From: Acidobacteriota bacterium | Lineage (GTDB): Bacteria > Acidobacteriota > UBA6911 > JACQSX01 | Direction of reading: 5' to 3' | Assembly: GCA_016211105.1 (NCBI GenBank) | Contig: JACQSX010000050.1 | Location: 59,347 to 123,346, forward strand | DNA length: 64,000 bases | Shown here: positions 49,091 to 58,994 of the stretch, piece by piece | Position numbering within the stretch: the stretch's first letter is position 1 | How the letters are laid out: every line of letters starts with the position of its first letter | Position numbers and translations under genes: made by a program | The notes under the pieces: model-generated | Database searches by the model: none | What the model saw: the letters and a program-made list of their open reading frames with translations, nothing else | Told to the model about the DNA's origin: nothing

Positions 49091-50071
49091 ATGGCGATCC
49101 TGCTCCTCTCCTCAATTGTCGCTGCAGGCGTCCTGGGATATCGATTCCTGGAGGGCTACACGTGGCTTGAAGCCGTGTACATGACGACCCTTACGCTTTC
49201 AACGGTGGGCTTTCGGGAAGTCAGGCCTCTCGGCCCCACCGGCCAACTCTTCACAATCATGCTGCTGGTGGGAGGATTAGGCGTCGTTTTTTACACCGCC
49301 GTGGCGGTTACAGGCAAGATTGTCGAGGGTGAGTTCCAGCAATTCTTCGGGAGAAAACGCATGGAAAAAAGAATCGCATCTTTGGCAGGTCACTATATCG
49401 TCTGTGGTTTTGGACGCATTGGCGAGGTGGTCTGCCGCGAGCTTTCTTCAAAACCCGTACCTTTCGTAATCATCGAGCAGGAGCAAGAGCGCGTACGTGC
49501 AGCCGACCGGACGCAGTACCTCGTCGTACAGGGAGATGCAACCGATGAAAAAAGCCTGGTGGCAGCCGGCGTGAGTCGAGCGAAGGGCCTTTTCGCAGCG
49601 TTGATGAGCGATGCGGCCAATGTCTTTGTGGTGCTGACCGCGAAGGAATTGAATCGTGATCTTTTTGTGGTCGCGCGGGCGGAAACCGAACGCAGTGAAA
49701 AGACCCTCCTGCAAGCTGGGGCCAACAAAGTGATTTCCCCTTATGCGATGGGTGGTCATCGTATGGCCCAAGCTGTTCTCCGCCCGGCGGTCGTTGATGT
49801 CATCGATTTGGCCACGCATCATCAAAGCCTCGAGCTGCAGTTGGAGGAAATCACCGTGCCGCCGAACTCTCCATGTCTGGGAGTGACCCTGCGAGACTCC
49901 AGTTTGTGCGGACGGGCGGAGATGATTGTGGTTGCAATCAAGCGCGCTTCAGGCAAGATGGTCTTTAATCCTGCGCCCGAGGAAAAAGTGGAAGCAGGAG
50001 ACAGTCTGGTGGCTCTAGCCGAAGGTCAACAGCTTAAGAAAATTGAAGAGCGCATCAAGGGGGGACGCTAA
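49091..50071 (+). CDS. 2TM ion channel with RCK (TrkA-N/TrkA-C) domains, MthK-like; atypical pore sequence
   Basis: Pore-like TLTLSTVGFRE followed by Rossmann IVCGFGRIGE and TrkA-C region; start ambiguous (ATG 49091 used; in-frame CTG 49076/GTG 49067 possible). Confidence 0.7.
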   Translation: MAILLLSSIVAAGVLGYRFLEGYTWLEAVYMTTLTLSTVGFREVRPLGPTGQLFTIMLLVGGLGVVFYTAVAVTGKIVEGEFQQFFGRKRMEKRIASLAGHYIVCGFGRIGEVVCRELSSKPVPFVIIEQEQERVRAADRTQYLVVQGDATDEKSLVAAGVSRAKGLFAALMSDAANVFVVLTAKELNRDLFVVARAETERSEKTLLQAGANKVISPYAMGGHRMAQAVLRPAVVDVIDLATHHQSLELQLEEITVPPNSPCLGVTLRDSSLCGRAEMIVVAIKRASGKMVFNPAPEEKVEAGDSLVALAEGQQLKKIEERIKGGR

Positions 50072-50320
50072 CCATTTTGGGCGCAAGATTTCAGGAAGCC
50101 GTCCAATAACCTCTCTAACTTTCTGTGCCCTCCTCGACCGCCGCTGCAAAGTTTAGAGAATTCCAGCGCTGATCGAGGTGAAAAACAGGTCACCGGCTTC
50201 AATTTTGCTCTGTCGGGCAAACAACGAGCCTCGCGTATGGATAACCGCACCAAAAATCACCGCACCAAATCACTTGACAGCGGCTCCGGCTGATGTAGCA
50301 CTCTATAGGAGGAGGTATTT

Positions 50321-50677
50321 ATGGCGTTCGTCATCACAGACCCGTGTATTGAAACTAAGGATACCGCGTGCGTCGACGCTTGCCCGGTCGATTGCATCCA
50401 CCCAGGCAAGTCTGAGGCCGAGTTTGAAGGGGCTACCATGCTCTACATCCACCCAGAAGAATGTATCGATTGTGGAGCCTGTGAGCCGGTCTGCCCCGTC
50501 CAGGCCATTTATCCAAGCGAGGACGAAGTTCCGGAGAGCCAAAAGGACCTGATTGAGGCCAACACGGTCTGGTACGCGGACCGGAACAGAGCAGAGGAGA
50601 TTGTGCGGTCCCATATGGAAACACACAAGGATCTGATGGGCATTCCTCCACAGGAACGCAGGGCAGCCCATCGCTAG
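50321..50677 (+). CDS. ferredoxin (two Fe-S cluster Cys motifs)
   Basis: [14 protein letters not shown] and [12 protein letters not shown] motifs; AGGAGGAGG RBS. Confidence 0.85.
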   Translation: MAFVITDPCIETKDTACVDACPVDCIHPGKSEAEFEGATMLYIHPEECIDCGACEPVCPVQAIYPSEDEVPESQKDLIEANTVWYADRNRAEEIVRSHMETHKDLMGIPPQERRAAHR

Positions 50678-50725
50678 AATCTTCGCAACTCGACCTTACA
50701 ACGGCTAAGAGATAGGGCTCATCTC

Positions 50726-50785
50726 AACGGCACCGCGATTCAGCTAGGATCGAAGCCAGGAGAGTTTACTGCGTTACCGGTGCCA
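50726..50785 (+). other. orphan remnant homologous to the 3' end of the downstream surface-protein gene
   Basis: ~60 nt about 80% identical to 53512-53572; encodes ...[16 protein letters not shown] without own start. Confidence 0.4.
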
Positions 50786-50971
50786 GCAATGCTGCGTCTC
50801 CGTGGTCACCGTGCCGGTTTCCTCCAATGCTGTGATGCCGGCGCTGGCAAAAGCTCCTCAAGTTTGACGGTGGTGGTATGATTGCCCCCATAGAGAGAGG
50901 TCCCATATAGGATTCAGGGCCGAAGAAAAGCCTTCCCTTTCGAACAAAAGCATATCTTACTGGAGGCCAAG

Positions 50972-53572
50972 ATGCATACGGCAAAGTTGCTAGGGTTGGT
51001 CATCATCTCTGTTTTCTTTTTGGCGCCGCTGACGGCGCAAGGCAACTATGCCTCCTTGGGGTCCACCGCTGGTACATCCGCCGCAGCAATGTCACCAGAG
51101 CGGCAGTTTGCCCCTGCTGCGCCCCACGCCGCGCCCTCGACCGGCACCTTGTTCGGTCAAACGCTCCCGCCAACTGTGATTACGTCTTCGTGCACTGATA
51201 CTGCCAAGGACTCACAACTTTCTGTCGAGAACGCTACCGAGCAACAGGGCAGGATCCACAAGTCGATCTATAAGCCGATGTGTTTCCCAAATTATTACTT
51301 CAAGAGCGAGCACTATGAGGGTATGTACTTGGAAAACGGCAGACCGCTACCTTGGATGGGACGAACCTGTGGTCACTTTGACCTCCTGGTTGTTTTCATT
51401 GATACGCCGTCCAACCGCCAGCGCCTTTTAGATAACAACAGTCCTCTGATCCCCCGCTCAGTGAAAGACCAGATTGCTGCCGGCCAAGTTAAGGCCGGCC
51501 TGGAAATGTTATTCAACACCATGGAGCTGGATCGCATCGCAACGGGAGTGGGATTGAATATGGGAATCGAGCAATTTGCGTTGAACCAGCGCCTGGCCCG
51601 AGCTCTTTCCTTTACCTTCACGGCCGCCGTCACCCAACGTCCAAGAAGTGACTTTGAACAAGGAGCAACTGCCGCCGGTAACGAGCTTGGATTCCCGAGA
51701 TATGACGCGGTCGTGATTCTCGATAATCTTGGAGGTCCGTCCGGTCTCGGCATCCAGCGCTGGCCGGGCGGCCGGGCGGGAAATATCGATTCGAATCCTC
51801 GCCCGCTGTTCTATGGCAAGAACGGCACGTTTTACCTGTTCGTTGATCCCTTGCGCCTCACGCCTGGACTGTTCGGAAACGAACTGCTGAGACGTAATGT
51901 CCCTCAGATGCCGTCCGAATACCTCATCGGGGAAGAGAAGCTTGTCCCGGTCGACGGGTTTTTCAACGACGAGACCCCAGTCATAAACCCCCGCACCGGG
52001 GAAAACTTGGAGCCATTGACGCGAGCGCGTGAGGGGAAGTTGCACCCAGGCCAGTACCTTTCCGGATTTTTGGACGTCGACGGAGACCGCGTCATCGACT
52101 GCATCGATCCTGAGATCACGCCAACGCCGGACAATGTGGATGCGGATTTCCTCCCGGATCGATTCGACCCCGATTTGAATTTTGATCATCGACCATTTTT
52201 CTGGGTTTATTCTGCCGCGCCGCTGAACCAGAAAACGGAGTTTGCCCAGTTTGCCAATGGCGCCAACTTTGCTTCCTCGATCGTTCTCACCAATCCTTCA
52301 CGGACGGAGACGGCAACTGGGTTGCTCAGCTTCCATGACGACTCGGGACTGCTGCTGCCGACATCGATCAACGGAAAGGCCCCGGCAAGCACCCTTCAGT
52401 TTTTAATCCCGCCTCTTGGGAGCGCGACGTTTACAACCGATGGCACTGGCAACTTGGTTTCAGGTTCGACCCGCGTCGCCAGCAACGTTCCAGTGGCGGG
52501 CGTGGTGAGGTTTTCCTCTCCCGGCTTGGGTATCGCGGGCGTGGGTGAAAGCATTCCCCTGGCCGCCTTCATGACGCCGGCAGTGCGCGACCTCGGCAGG
52601 AAATTAAACACAGGGGTGGCGATCTCCAATACGCTTGAAGCCATTGTGGAGCTGTTGCTGTCGCTTCGAATGCTAGACGGCAACGAAGTGACCGGCGGTA
52701 CGGCCACGGTGACTCTGGCCGGTAACGGGCACTTGGCCAAATTTATCGACGAATTGTTTCCAGGCGCCGATACGAGCAACTTCCAGGGCACGCTGGTGGT
52801 CACTGTTAAGACAACAGGAGGCAAGGTGGCTGCAACAGCGATTCAACTCGGCGCCTCCGCAGGAGAATTCACGACCTTGCCTGTAGTTCCAGTTGATCCA
52901 GCGCCAACAACAAGGGATTTGTTCTTTGCCCATTTTGGCGACGGCTTAAATATCACTTCGTCCTTCTTTTTCACGAACCCTCTGGGCGCAACAACCAGCG
53001 GTGAACTGGGCTTCTTTGACAATGATGGCAACCGTCTGTCAGTTTCTGCTGGGGGGCAGCCTGCGCTGGACCGTGTGCCTTTCAACATCCAGTCCAGCGG
53101 CGGATTCATTTTCAATACCAATGGCCAGGGGAGTTTGGTTTCCGGATCGGCAAGGACCAGCGCAAGCGGCGCCATTGGAGGAGTCTTGCGGTTTGCTTTG
53201 CCCGGTCTTGGGATTGCAGGAGTGGGCGCGGGCACTCCAACCCAGGCATTCATGATTCCGGTGACGAGAAGCGCTGCGAAGAAGTTAAGCACCGGTGTGG
53301 CGATCGCCTCTGTTGGCGCAGAGGTAAGCGTGACATTGACGCTCAGACGGTCCAATGCGCTGGTGGTTGCTGGAGGCCAGGCCGGATTGCAATTGAAGAC
53401 AAACGGCCACACTGCCAAGTTCATCGAGGAACTCTTTCCCGGTGCTGACACTGCAGAATTTGAAGGAACTCTTACGGCGACAGCGGAGGGAGGCAACGTC
53501 GTTGGTGTTGCAATTCAACTTGGATCGAAGCCGGGAGAGTTTACAACCTTGCCGGTAACGGCCCTCAGGTGA
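50972..53572 (+). CDS. secreted protein with unknown N-terminal domain and two tandem copies of a shared ~190-aa C-terminal domain
   Basis: Signal peptide [24 protein letters not shown]; two repeats each ending ...[13 protein letters not shown]; GGAGG RBS. Confidence 0.75.
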   Translation: MHTAKLLGLVIISVFFLAPLTAQGNYASLGSTAGTSAAAMSPERQFAPAAPHAAPSTGTLFGQTLPPTVITSSCTDTAKDSQLSVENATEQQGRIHKSIYKPMCFPNYYFKSEHYEGMYLENGRPLPWMGRTCGHFDLLVVFIDTPSNRQRLLDNNSPLIPRSVKDQIAAGQVKAGLEMLFNTMELDRIATGVGLNMGIEQFALNQRLARALSFTFTAAVTQRPRSDFEQGATAAGNELGFPRYDAVVILDNLGGPSGLGIQRWPGGRAGNIDSNPRPLFYGKNGTFYLFVDPLRLTPGLFGNELLRRNVPQMPSEYLIGEEKLVPVDGFFNDETPVINPRTGENLEPLTRAREGKLHPGQYLSGFLDVDGDRVIDCIDPEITPTPDNVDADFLPDRFDPDLNFDHRPFFWVYSAAPLNQKTEFAQFANGANFASSIVLTNPSRTETATGLLSFHDDSGLLLPTSINGKAPASTLQFLIPPLGSATFTTDGTGNLVSGSTRVASNVPVAGVVRFSSPGLGIAGVGESIPLAAFMTPAVRDLGRKLNTGVAISNTLEAIVELLLSLRMLDGNEVTGGTATVTLAGNGHLAKFIDELFPGADTSNFQGTLVVTVKTTGGKVAATAIQLGASAGEFTTLPVVPVDPAPTTRDLFFAHFGDGLNITSSFFFTNPLGATTSGELGFFDNDGNRLSVSAGGQPALDRVPFNIQSSGGFIFNTNGQGSLVSGSARTSASGAIGGVLRFALPGLGIAGVGAGTPTQAFMIPVTRSAAKKLSTGVAIASVGAEVSVTLTLRRSNALVVAGGQAGLQLKTNGHTAKFIEELFPGADTAEFEGTLTATAEGGNVVGVAIQLGSKPGEFTTLPVTALR

Positions 53573-53618
53573 ACTGCCGTTTGATCTTTTCATTCATCCA
53601 GCGGTAAGGAGGTGCACG

Positions 53619-55277
53619 ATGACGGTTGGAAAAACCGCAGCTCTCTCTTTTTTGTGTCTGTTCGCGACCTCGCCAACGCCGATTTGCGGTCAGGAGGTAA
53701 CGCAGTATCTGCCGCAGATAGCCGACGGGGGAGGAGCGATCACAACGTTTTTTACAGTGAACCAGGCGGAGACAGCAGTCACTGTGACCATTGACGCGTT
53801 TTCTCCCGACGCGTCGCCTATGTCGGTGTTGAGTACAGGCAGTTCGGTGACATTTACACTGCCAATCGGAGGTTCCGCCTTTGTTAGAACATTAGGGTCG
53901 TTGGGCGGCTTTTCTCGCGCCGGTTTTGCCCGAGTTCGCTCCAGCGGGATGACGGGTGTGGCCGCAATCTTCCAGTTTTTTGATGCTGGTGGAAATCTCC
54001 TGTCAGAAGCGGGCGTGTTGCCGTCGCCACTAGTAAAAGGGTTTTCCATAACGGCGGCCTTCAGTCCTGCCCAAGGAGTGAACACCGGCTTGGCGGTAGC
54101 GAGTCCTGTGAGCGACTCGAATTTGACGCTCTCGTTGATGAACCCGGACGGCAGCGTGCGCAGGACGGCCAGTTTGAGTGTGCCGGCCGGAGGACAGAGG
54201 GCGCGGTTTCTAAGCGAGACGACTCCGCCGCTGTTTACCGGATTGGATGTGATCTATGGCGCAGTCAAAATCACCAGCGATGTCCCGGTTGCTCCGGTGA
54301 CACTGCGGACGGATGGAACGCAGTTGACCACCGTGCCGGTGATTACTCCCACGCTTGAGGCACAGGGACCGTCCGGGCCTGCGGGTCCGCAAGGTCCAAC
54401 AGGCCCCACTGGACCTCAGGGGCCTGCAGGTCCGCCGGGTGCCCCCGGGCCCGCAGGTCCAGCAGGCGTCAGCGGCCCACAGGGGCCAGCAGGCCCAACC
54501 GGCGCCACCGGGTCCGCAGGTCCAACCGGCGCGACCGGGCCTGCAGGAACCTTTTCACCCGGTGCCAGTATCGAGGGTTCGACCGCCTCGGCGCTGATTA
54601 CCTTCACCAACAGTGGAACCGGCTCAAGTGTTTATGGTTTGCACAGCAGCTCCAGCGGAACTGAGCCTGGCCTGCGAGGGGAAACTTACTCAACCCAGGC
54701 AAGTGCGGCTGGGATGATTGGAAGGGTAAGAGCTGCCTCGCCGGGTGGCTTCTCTGCTGGAGTCCGAGGAATTAATGAGGGGACCGGCAGCCAGGGTATT
54801 GGAGTCTGGGGATCGCAAAACGGTAGCGGCTGGGGACTCTACGGTACCTCAGTTTCTGGTAGGGGAGTCTTTGGGACGTCTGATGCCGGAGTCGGCGTGT
54901 ATGGTACGTCTGAGTCCTCCTTCGGAGTTGTTGGGAAAACGTCCACCGGGTCCGGTGTGCTGGCAGAAAGTAGCAGCCCAGACGGGAGCGCCCTTGAAAT
55001 CAGAAACGGCGCCATCAAAGTGTCAGGCAATCCCAAACCGGCCTTTGTTCACACCAGCAAAGGGAAGAGTTTGAGAACGTACATTGACCATCCGCTGACC
55101 AATGGAAAACCGAATGCCATTCTGATCGTCACGCCTGTTGGCGGCAACTACACAGCACGAGCTGTTGGGGTGGAATACGATAGTGACTCTAATTACCAGC
55201 AATGGACAATCTATAACCTCGATTTTACAGACCAGGCGGTTGGCCAGCGATTCAACGTCCTTGTTATTCAACAGTGA
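53619..55277 (+). CDS. secreted collagen-like (G-X-Y) repeat protein with N-terminal copy of the shared surface domain
   Basis: ~20 Gly-X-Y triplets ([25 protein letters not shown]...); signal peptide; AAGGAGG RBS. Confidence 0.8.
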   Translation: MTVGKTAALSFLCLFATSPTPICGQEVTQYLPQIADGGGAITTFFTVNQAETAVTVTIDAFSPDASPMSVLSTGSSVTFTLPIGGSAFVRTLGSLGGFSRAGFARVRSSGMTGVAAIFQFFDAGGNLLSEAGVLPSPLVKGFSITAAFSPAQGVNTGLAVASPVSDSNLTLSLMNPDGSVRRTASLSVPAGGQRARFLSETTPPLFTGLDVIYGAVKITSDVPVAPVTLRTDGTQLTTVPVITPTLEAQGPSGPAGPQGPTGPTGPQGPAGPPGAPGPAGPAGVSGPQGPAGPTGATGSAGPTGATGPAGTFSPGASIEGSTASALITFTNSGTGSSVYGLHSSSSGTEPGLRGETYSTQASAAGMIGRVRAASPGGFSAGVRGINEGTGSQGIGVWGSQNGSGWGLYGTSVSGRGVFGTSDAGVGVYGTSESSFGVVGKTSTGSGVLAESSSPDGSALEIRNGAIKVSGNPKPAFVHTSKGKSLRTYIDHPLTNGKPNAILIVTPVGGNYTARAVGVEYDSDSNYQQWTIYNLDFTDQAVGQRFNVLVIQQ

Positions 55278-55278
55278 C

Positions 55279-58200
55279 TTATTGCAGCCGCGTTACCGGC
55301 AGTGTTGTGAACTGGCCGGCTTGGCTGCCCAATTGAATCGCGGTCGCCGCGATGCCGCCCCCTTCGGCGGTCACCGTCAGCGTCCCTTCAAAATTGTTGG
55401 TGTCCGCACTGGGGAAAAGCTCGTCAATAAAACGGGCCACGTGACCACCTGCTTTCAGCGCTATCGTCGTTGTGCCTCCCGCGACCGGTTGTCCGCTGGC
55501 ATTACGCAATACCAGGTGCAACGTTACTGCTCTGCCCGTCGCGTTGACCGCAACGCCCGTGTTGATCCCGGTTTCCCGGCTGCGACGAACTGGCGAGATG
55601 AATCCGTTGAAGCTACCGCCTCCGCCGACGCCGGCAATCCCGATGCCCGGCAACGTGAAGCGTAGCACTCCCCCCACGACTCCTTCCGTGACATTTGCTC
55701 GAGCCGAGCCAGTGGTGACTGCCCCCAGACCGTCGGTCGTGAAAACGGCCCCGCCCTGAGGAGCGATGTCAAACGGAATATCGCTGGCTGAGGCCCCGCC
55801 GTTGACAGAGATCGGTAGACGGTTACCGTCATCGTTGAGAAAAGCCAGCTCCCCTCGGGCCCGCTCCGTGGCCGAGGGATTAGTCAAAAACAGAGAGGAC
55901 GAGAGATTGCCGCCATTGCCGAGGTGAGCAAAATAGACCGTCCCGCCGGCGGGCTCTGGAGAAATCGGGGTGACTGGGAGCGTAGTAAATTCACCAGGCC
56001 TTCCACCCACTTGAATCGCCGTTGCCGCGATTGGGCTGCCCGTGACCGAGAGCGTTCCTTGGAAATCTCCCAGGCCCGGAAATAGTTCCTGAATAAAGCG
56101 GGCCACATGGCCATCGACTGCGATGGGTAGTTGTCCTTGGCGAAAAGCGGCGCCATTGAGACCCTTGAGTGTCAGCCTCAGATTGGTTGCGGGCCCAAAA
56201 TTGAAAACCGCGATTCCCGTGCTGACTCCCTGGGCACTGTTTCTAGTAATTGGCGTGATAAAGGAATCTACAAGCTGACTCTCTCCTACTCCGGCAATTC
56301 CCAATCCGGGAGCTGAAAAACGAACCACTCCGCCCAGCGGCACATTGGAGAGCACCTGGGCTGAGCCTGTCACGAGAGTCCCTATTCCATCGCTGTTGAA
56401 CGTGACGCTGCCCAGCGGCGGGATAGTAAAGTCGACGCCGTTGTCGACAGGCCCCCCATTCAACGCCAGCGGCAACGGTTTACCATCATCATCGGAGAAA
56501 TCGATGCCGCCTTCGGCCGTTGTGGTTGCAGAGGAATTCGTCAGATCTACAGAAGAGACAAACTGCGACCCGTTGCCCAACTGGGCAAACAGGAACAAGT
56601 GTAGGATCTTCTCCACATTAATGATGCTGTAGGCGCCCCCCGTGACCGGATCGGTAACCAACGCGGAAGCATTTCGTTGCTCTCCAATCTCACCAGCCAC
56701 ATCTGTTCCCGTGTTGCCCTTTTCTCCCGAACCTTTTGAAAGAACACTGGCGCTAAAACCGCCGTTTAACACAACCCTGTCTGTCCCACCTCCGCCATCG
56801 ATGTTCTCCCTCTCCCCGGGCGGCACGTCTCCAGCCCGGAGGATAATTGTGTCATCACCGTTGCCGCCGAGCATGTTGTCTCTGCCGGTTCCACCAAGCA
56901 AGGTGTCGTGGCCCCCGCGGCCGTCTAAAGTGTCATTTGCAGGCCGACCATCCAGAAAGTCATTCCCTTCGCCTCCGACCAGATTGTCAATCCCGGGGCC
57001 GCCAACCAAAACCTGGTTCGGGACACCCGGGAGCGTGGTACTGGTGGTCGTCTGCGTGCGGGTTGTCGTGGTTACGGTGACGAATGTGCTGGTAGCCGTC
57101 CGGGTTGTGGACGTAGCGGTGCCAGTGGGAGAAGTGCCGGTTGTTGAGGTGGCAGTGCCCGTCACGGACGTTGCAGTTCCTGTTGTTGAAGGACTCGTCG
57201 TGGAAGTAGCGCTGCCGGTCGTGGTAGTGGCAGTAGATGACGTTCCGCTTCCTGTGGTTGAAGTACCCGTCGAAGAGGTGGGTGGGATCGTTGTAGTTGT
57301 GGTTATCGTTGTCGTGCCCGTGGTCGACGTCCCCGTAGCGGTAGTCGAGGAGCTTGTCAGGGTAGCAGTCGCCGTCGTGGTGGTCACCGTCCCCGTCGTC
57401 GTGCCAGTTGTCGTCGTCGTCGTGGACACGCTGAGTTGTTGATTTCCGAAATCCACACCCAAAGCAATCGCATCGCTCGCGGTTGCGACGTCCGGGTTTG
57501 GCGTGGTCTGTTTCCAGCCGGGTTGGAGAACCTCTCGGACCTTGAATGTCCCCGCACTTAAATTGACGAAGTTGTAATTTCCGCCTGAGTCTGTAAGCTG
57601 CGAGGCCTCTCCACTGTCCAAGATTCCGTTGCCGTTATCATCCAGGAAGATTCTCCAGCCTCCGATTCCCGGCTCGCCTGCATCCCTGACACCATCGCCG
57701 TCGAGATCTTCGAATTTCGTCCCCCTGATCGAAGCAAGCTTAAAGTTGCCGAAGTTAACGCCTGATCGATCGATACCACTGCTAGATGCGAAGTCGCTCG
57801 GGTCTGAAGTCGTCTGTTTCCAGCCGGCTTGCAGCACCTCTCGCACCCTAAGTGTTCCTGGGCCCAGATTACCGAAAGTGTAGTTTCCGCTTGCGTCCGT
57901 AAGCTGCGAAGCCTCTCCGCTGTCCAAGGTTCCATTGAGATTATCGTCCAGAAAGATCCTCCAGCCCGAAAGCCCCGGCTCGCCTGTGTCTTTGACCCCA
58001 TCGCCGTCCAGATCTTCGAATTTTGTTCCACTGATTGTGATTAGCTTGAAGTTGCCGAAATCCGCTCCGGAAACATTTTGGCCGCTCACCGTCGTGATAT
58101 TGCGATCCCCGGCGGTCTGTTTCCAGCCAGGCGTCGGAACCAGCCACTCTCGGAGCCTGCAAGTTCCGGGACCCACAGGGGTGGGTGCACCTCCAAGACT

Positions 58201-58836
58201 GTAACTCCCATTCGGAAGGGTTGCAACCACTGGCTCTCCCACATCGCGTGTTCCATTATTGTCGTCGTCGCAAAAAATCGTGAAACCCTGCAGGCCCGGC
58301 TCGCCGGAATCCTTCACGCCGTCGCCTTCGGTGTCATCAAACTTCGTTCCGCTGATTGTCACATACTTAAAGTTGCCAAAATCCACACCTGACCGGGAGC
58401 CTCCGGTCGTATTGACCGTTCGTTCGGGGGTAGTCTGCGTCCAGCCGGACTGAACGACTTCGCGGACGTTGTAAATGGCCTCAGTCACCGAAAGCGAATA
58501 ATTTCCGCTGGCATCGCTGGTTGTCGAAGTCTCTCCCGAGTCGAGCCTCCCGTCGTTGTCGAGATCGACGTAGACTGTCCAGCCTTGCAGTCCCGACTCC
58601 CCAGGCTCTTTGACGCCGTCGCCATCTTTGTCCTCAAATACCTGTCCGCTGATTGTCCTGGGGGCGGCCCCGAATTTATCGTCAGAGGTCCGTTTCTCAA
58701 ATCCCTGCGCGGCGACCCCCTCTACAGTTCCCGCGACTGCAGAACCCAGTATGACCATGAGTGCCGCCAATACAAACGAACGCGGGCAGAAACATTCAAG
58801 CTGTGTGCGTGAGGTCGGTACTTGCTCTTTTTTCAT
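55279..58836 (-). CDS. large surface adhesin-like protein: SdrD-B/Cna-B-like repeats, Thr-rich linker, RTX-type Ca-binding repeats, two copies of shared C-terminal domain
   Basis: Repeated ISGTKFEDLDGDGV...GW units; ~130-aa Thr/Ser-rich tract; GGxGxDxLxGG nonapeptides; C-terminus ...AIQLGSQAGQFTTLPVTRLQ; start set at MKKEQ (58836). Confidence 0.8.
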   Translation of the reverse strand: MKKEQVPTSRTQLECFCPRSFVLAALMVILGSAVAGTVEGVAAQGFEKRTSDDKFGAAPRTISGQVFEDKDGDGVKEPGESGLQGWTVYVDLDNDGRLDSGETSTTSDASGNYSLSVTEAIYNVREVVQSGWTQTTPERTVNTTGGSRSGVDFGNFKYVTISGTKFDDTEGDGVKDSGEPGLQGFTIFCDDDNNGTRDVGEPVVATLPNGSYSLGGAPTPVGPGTCRLREWLVPTPGWKQTAGDRNITTVSGQNVSGADFGNFKLITISGTKFEDLDGDGVKDTGEPGLSGWRIFLDDNLNGTLDSGEASQLTDASGNYTFGNLGPGTLRVREVLQAGWKQTTSDPSDFASSSGIDRSGVNFGNFKLASIRGTKFEDLDGDGVRDAGEPGIGGWRIFLDDNGNGILDSGEASQLTDSGGNYNFVNLSAGTFKVREVLQPGWKQTTPNPDVATASDAIALGVDFGNQQLSVSTTTTTTGTTTGTVTTTTATATLTSSSTTATGTSTTGTTTITTTTTIPPTSSTGTSTTGSGTSSTATTTTGSATSTTSPSTTGTATSVTGTATSTTGTSPTGTATSTTRTATSTFVTVTTTTRTQTTTSTTLPGVPNQVLVGGPGIDNLVGGEGNDFLDGRPANDTLDGRGGHDTLLGGTGRDNMLGGNGDDTIILRAGDVPPGERENIDGGGGTDRVVLNGGFSASVLSKGSGEKGNTGTDVAGEIGEQRNASALVTDPVTGGAYSIINVEKILHLFLFAQLGNGSQFVSSVDLTNSSATTTAEGGIDFSDDDGKPLPLALNGGPVDNGVDFTIPPLGSVTFNSDGIGTLVTGSAQVLSNVPLGGVVRFSAPGLGIAGVGESQLVDSFITPITRNSAQGVSTGIAVFNFGPATNLRLTLKGLNGAAFRQGQLPIAVDGHVARFIQELFPGLGDFQGTLSVTGSPIAATAIQVGGRPGEFTTLPVTPISPEPAGGTVYFAHLGNGGNLSSSLFLTNPSATERARGELAFLNDDGNRLPISVNGGASASDIPFDIAPQGGAVFTTDGLGAVTTGSARANVTEGVVGGVLRFTLPGIGIAGVGGGGSFNGFISPVRRSRETGINTGVAVNATGRAVTLHLVLRNASGQPVAGGTTTIALKAGGHVARFIDELFPSADTNNFEGTLTVTAEGGGIAATAIQLGSQAGQFTTLPVTRLQ

Positions 58837-58919
58837 CTTTAATTTTCCCGATCCCGGAGGCGGCACTCTCCGGCAAATCGAGGTGTCATTTGGCGCGACG
58901 CCATCGCCTGCTCTATCCG

Positions 58920-58994
58920 TGAGGGTGAGACGGATCTCATTTAGTGAGGGTGAGACGGATCTCATTTAGTGAGGGTGAGACGGATTTCATTTAC
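58920..58994. repeat. three tandem direct copies of a 25-bp repeat (TGAGGGTGAGACGGATCTCATTTAG) upstream of the adhesin gene
   Basis: Copies at 58920-58944, 58945-58969 (identical) and 58970-58994 (2 mismatches), 84-158 bp upstream of start codon 58836 on the minus strand. Confidence 0.7.

Noticed and set aside
52843-53496. 217-aa minus-strand ORF
   Set aside because: Antisense to the repeated C-terminal domain region of the 866-aa surface protein; shadow ORF.
56642-57442. 266-aa Val/Pro-rich plus-strand ORF
   Set aside because: It is the antisense reading of the Thr-rich linker of the minus-strand adhesin gene; compositional artefact.
58837-58965. N-terminal extension of the adhesin ORF (track start at 58965, MRSVSPSLNEIRLTLT...)
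   Set aside because: The extension is the translation of the three 25-bp tandem repeats; the signal peptide begins at the internal Met (58836), so the repeats are treated as upstream non-coding DNA.
58920-58994. Tandem repeats considered as a possible CRISPR array
   Set aside because: Units are directly adjacent with no spacers, only three copies, 25 bp long, and no cas genes nearby; not a CRISPR array.
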